This document shows positions 61,799 to 64,000 of a stretch of DNA of 64,000 nucleotides, one piece after another (position 1 is the stretch's first letter; each line of letters opens with the position of its first letter). Source of the stretch: a virus (Duplodnaviria > Caudoviricetes); IMG/VR virus record IMGVR_UViG_3300020577_008405, positions 3,069 through 67,068 of that record. The stretch is one strand, 5' to 3'. The notes under the pieces are model-generated. The model ran no database searches. It was given only the letters and a program-made list of their open reading frames with translations, and was not told where the DNA came from. A program made the position numbers and the translations under genes.

Positions 61799-62542
61799 TT
61801 ACTTAATGTTATATTTCGAAACAATCTTATCCAGATCGTGTCCCATCTCAGCCATTGCGATGTCATTGCTGTCAACGCGCGAGCCAGACTTTTTCAAATC
61901 AAACAACTTTGAAGCTACTTCAGACTTCGATAGAGTCTCAACCTCATCTGCTGACTTCAGCAACGGAGCTGCACCCTTGTAACCAACGCCCTTAGCAGGT
62001 ACAGGAGCATCTGCTAGTTTGGTAACAGTTTCAAGGATAGAAGCGAGCTGCTTCTCAAGTGCGCCAACTTTTGAATCAACATAACTCTTCATGAGAGTAT
62101 CAGCGTCTTCTAGAGACTTCTTCATTTCACCCTTGTGCATGTCGAGAAGTTTCTTAGCCATATCCTTCTCTTTCTCTTCGTGCTTAGGATCATCCTTGTG
62201 AGGTTCGTCTTTCTTGTCCTCTTTCTTGTCTTCGTCCTTCTTATCTTCAGCCTTGCCCATGTCAGCAGCAGCGTTTACACCTTCGCCCTTGCCCATGTCA
62301 GCTGCGGAATTGACGCCTTCGCCCTTTTCAGCGACTTCGTCCTTCTCTTCATCCTCATCTTCCTTCTTATCTTCAGCCTTCTCAGCAAGTTTGCCATTAG
62401 CAGGCTTGCCAGCGATGCCATCAGCACCAGGACCCTTGAGGTCCACTTCAGCGGCCGAAAAACGAGACTTCTTGAGCTCTTCAAGCTCTAGCAGTGTCTC
62501 ATCAATTAGGTCAGTGAGGCTCTTTTTAAGTTCCTCTTTCAT
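61799..62542 (-). CDS. Capsid scaffolding protein
   Basis: Highly charged, upstream of capsid gene, repeated [LM]xKS. Confidence 0.7.
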   Translation of the reverse strand: MKEELKKSLTDLIDETLLELEELKKSRFSAAEVDLKGPGADGIAGKPANGKLAEKAEDKKEDEDEEKDEVAEKGEGVNSAADMGKGEGVNAAADMGKAEDKKDEDKKEDKKDEPHKDDPKHEEKEKDMAKKLLDMHKGEMKKSLEDADTLMKSYVDSKVGALEKQLASILETVTKLADAPVPAKGVGYKGAAPLLKSADEVETLSKSEVASKLFDLKKSGSRVDSNDIAMAEMGHDLDKIVSKYNIK

Positions 62543-62570
62543 AGTTATAGCTCCTTAGTTAGCTTACTAA

Positions 62571-62978
62571 TTACTGCCCCATACCAGTTAGTTCAGCGTG
62601 GCCACGGATCGTTGCTGAGAAAGTTGCATCAACATTCTCAAGAAGAATATCATTGCCCATACCAACAAGAACCTTGAATACCTTAGCAGCAACAACTGAA
62701 TCAAGAACGTCAGTGATTGCATCAGCCGCAGTGCTTGCGCTCTTAAGCTTAAGAACACCGGGGTTAACAACGCCAACACCTAGGAAAGGTGAAGCAGCAG
62801 GTGAAACACCGCCCATAGGAAGATCGATTGAAGCAGCAACATACGAAATAGTGAGATCGTTTGAACCGTTCTCAATAACAACAGCAGAACCTGAATTTGA
62901 GTTGACAGTAAGACCTAATTGTTCGCAGTTGCGAGCAATCTTCGCCATAATCTGTGCAACAGCGGAAGTAGATGCCAT
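62571..62978 (-). CDS. Putative head decoration/structural protein
   Basis: AAGGAG RBS, high-expression codon style. Confidence 0.6.
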   Translation of the reverse strand: MASTSAVAQIMAKIARNCEQLGLTVNSNSGSAVVIENGSNDLTISYVAASIDLPMGGVSPAASPFLGVGVVNPGVLKLKSASTAADAITDVLDSVVAAKVFKVLVGMGNDILLENVDATFSATIRGHAELTGMGQ

Positions 62979-63101
62979 GTGAGTTTTCTCCTTAAAAAAT
63001 TACGTAAAAGCTTTACTAAGACCCCACTCTACCATGGGCCACCAGTTAAACTCCTGGCTTTAAAGGACAAGTCAACCTCGAGACAAGATATTATCTATAC
63101 T

Positions 63102-64000
63102 ATGGCAAAACGACCTCTAGAAATTGACATGTGTGCAGGATCTCAACTTAGAGACACCCAAGGCGAAATGTTAAATGTAGATGGAGCTGACATTTCTGAA
63201 CTGGAAACTGGCCGTGGAAGGATAAATGATAACCACGGAAAGGGATTTTTTAACTGCTTGGGTAAAGTTCTCTCTGCTAAGCGAATCTTCAAATCAGAAG
63301 ATTGTGAAGATGACAGACAGAAATACTACTGGGAAAAGGTAAAAAGTCCTTATATTTATGTTAAAGCTCAACTGTTTGACGATGAGGACCACCCCAACGC
63401 TAAGGCCGCGGCTGCAATCCTACGAAATGTGCATAAGACTGATTGCCCGCTTAAGGTGAAGGCGTCAGTAGAGGGTGGGGTTATTGCAAGAGGGATTAGT
63501 GATCCAGCGCTGCTAGCCAGGACTAAGATCCACTCGATTGCTCTTACCTTCGTGCCGGCCAACCAGGCCACTCTCGTCGAACCGCTCAACCTAGATAAGA
63601 GTGAAGTGGACGCTGACGCAGATATGGTTCTAATTAAGTCAGTGATGCATCTTGCTGAAACAATGGTTCCTTCGTTTCGCCATATCGCTCGGGATGCCTC
63701 TGCCGAACGTATTGAAAATAACGTTAATCAAATCTTGGCAGCATTGGGCACCGAAGATGCGCTCAACCTAAAGAAGGCGCTTCTTCAAGATGCTCTTGAG
63801 GGCAGGATCGCTAACAACATCGAGAAAATTCACATGCTTGTTAAATCCAGTGCAATGGAGAAAACTCTCATGGCTGGATATGGTGGTGCGGGTGCCCCCA
63901 CTGGAATGACTGGTGGCGGAGTTCTTCAGAGCGAGTCTCAGGAATTAGGCCCAAAGAAGCTATCCTTTATTACGTGCGATCACTGCGGTAAAGAACAAGT
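63102..64000 (+). CDS. Prohead protease (3'-truncated; absent from ORF track)
   Basis: Open frame to window end; DTQGE, NDNHG, ASVEGGV, IALTFVPAN. Confidence 0.8.
   Translation, partial: MAKRPLEIDMCAGSQLRDTQGEMLNVDGADISELETGRGRINDNHGKGFFNCLGKVLSAKRIFKSEDCEDDRQKYYWEKVKSPYIYVKAQLFDDEDHPNAKAAAAILRNVHKTDCPLKVKASVEGGVIARGISDPALLARTKIHSIALTFVPANQATLVEPLNLDKSEVDADADMVLIKSVMHLAETMVPSFRHIARDASAERIENNVNQILAALGTEDALNLKKALLQDALEGRIANNIEKIHMLVKSSAMEKTLMAGYGGAGAPTGMTGGGVLQSESQELGPKKLSFITCDHCGKEQ

Noticed and set aside
1-64000. Stop-codon reassignment (alternative genetic code)
   Set aside because: Long recognisable genes are intact in the standard code and end in TAA, TAG or TGA.
1-64000. CRISPR array, rRNA, transposase or integrase
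   Set aside because: No regularly spaced repeat-spacer units or matching motifs seen by manual reading.

Overview
The window is part of a large tailed dsDNA phage (jumbo-type myovirus-like, AT-rich, standard genetic code). The left and middle parts, mostly on the + strand, carry DNA/RNA repair, nucleotide metabolism and host-takeover genes. These include DNA ligase, a pyrimidine-dimer glycosylase, two RNA ligases, two ClpP, a MoxR/VWA pair, a (p)ppGpp hydrolase, Orn, a dCMP hydroxymethylase-like ThyA-fold enzyme, a degenerate ThyX, deaminases and a sigma-like protein. The right part, on the - strand, carries virion genes: tail/adhesin proteins, head-associated proteins, a Herelleviridae-type major capsid protein and a scaffold, with a divergent prohead protease on the + strand. 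The main discovery is a dispersed family of about 26 microproteins (23-67 aa), most of them below the cutoff of the supplied ORF track. They fill most of the apparent intergenic gaps, are always co-oriented with their neighbours, often lie in tandem arrays, and share one 12-residue amphipathic motif, roughly [FL]-x-x-x-[LIM]-x-x-L-x-L-[IFT]-[ST]. A second oddity is a set of tRNA-like genes with expanded anticodon arms. All assignments come from manual motif reading; no database searches were run.
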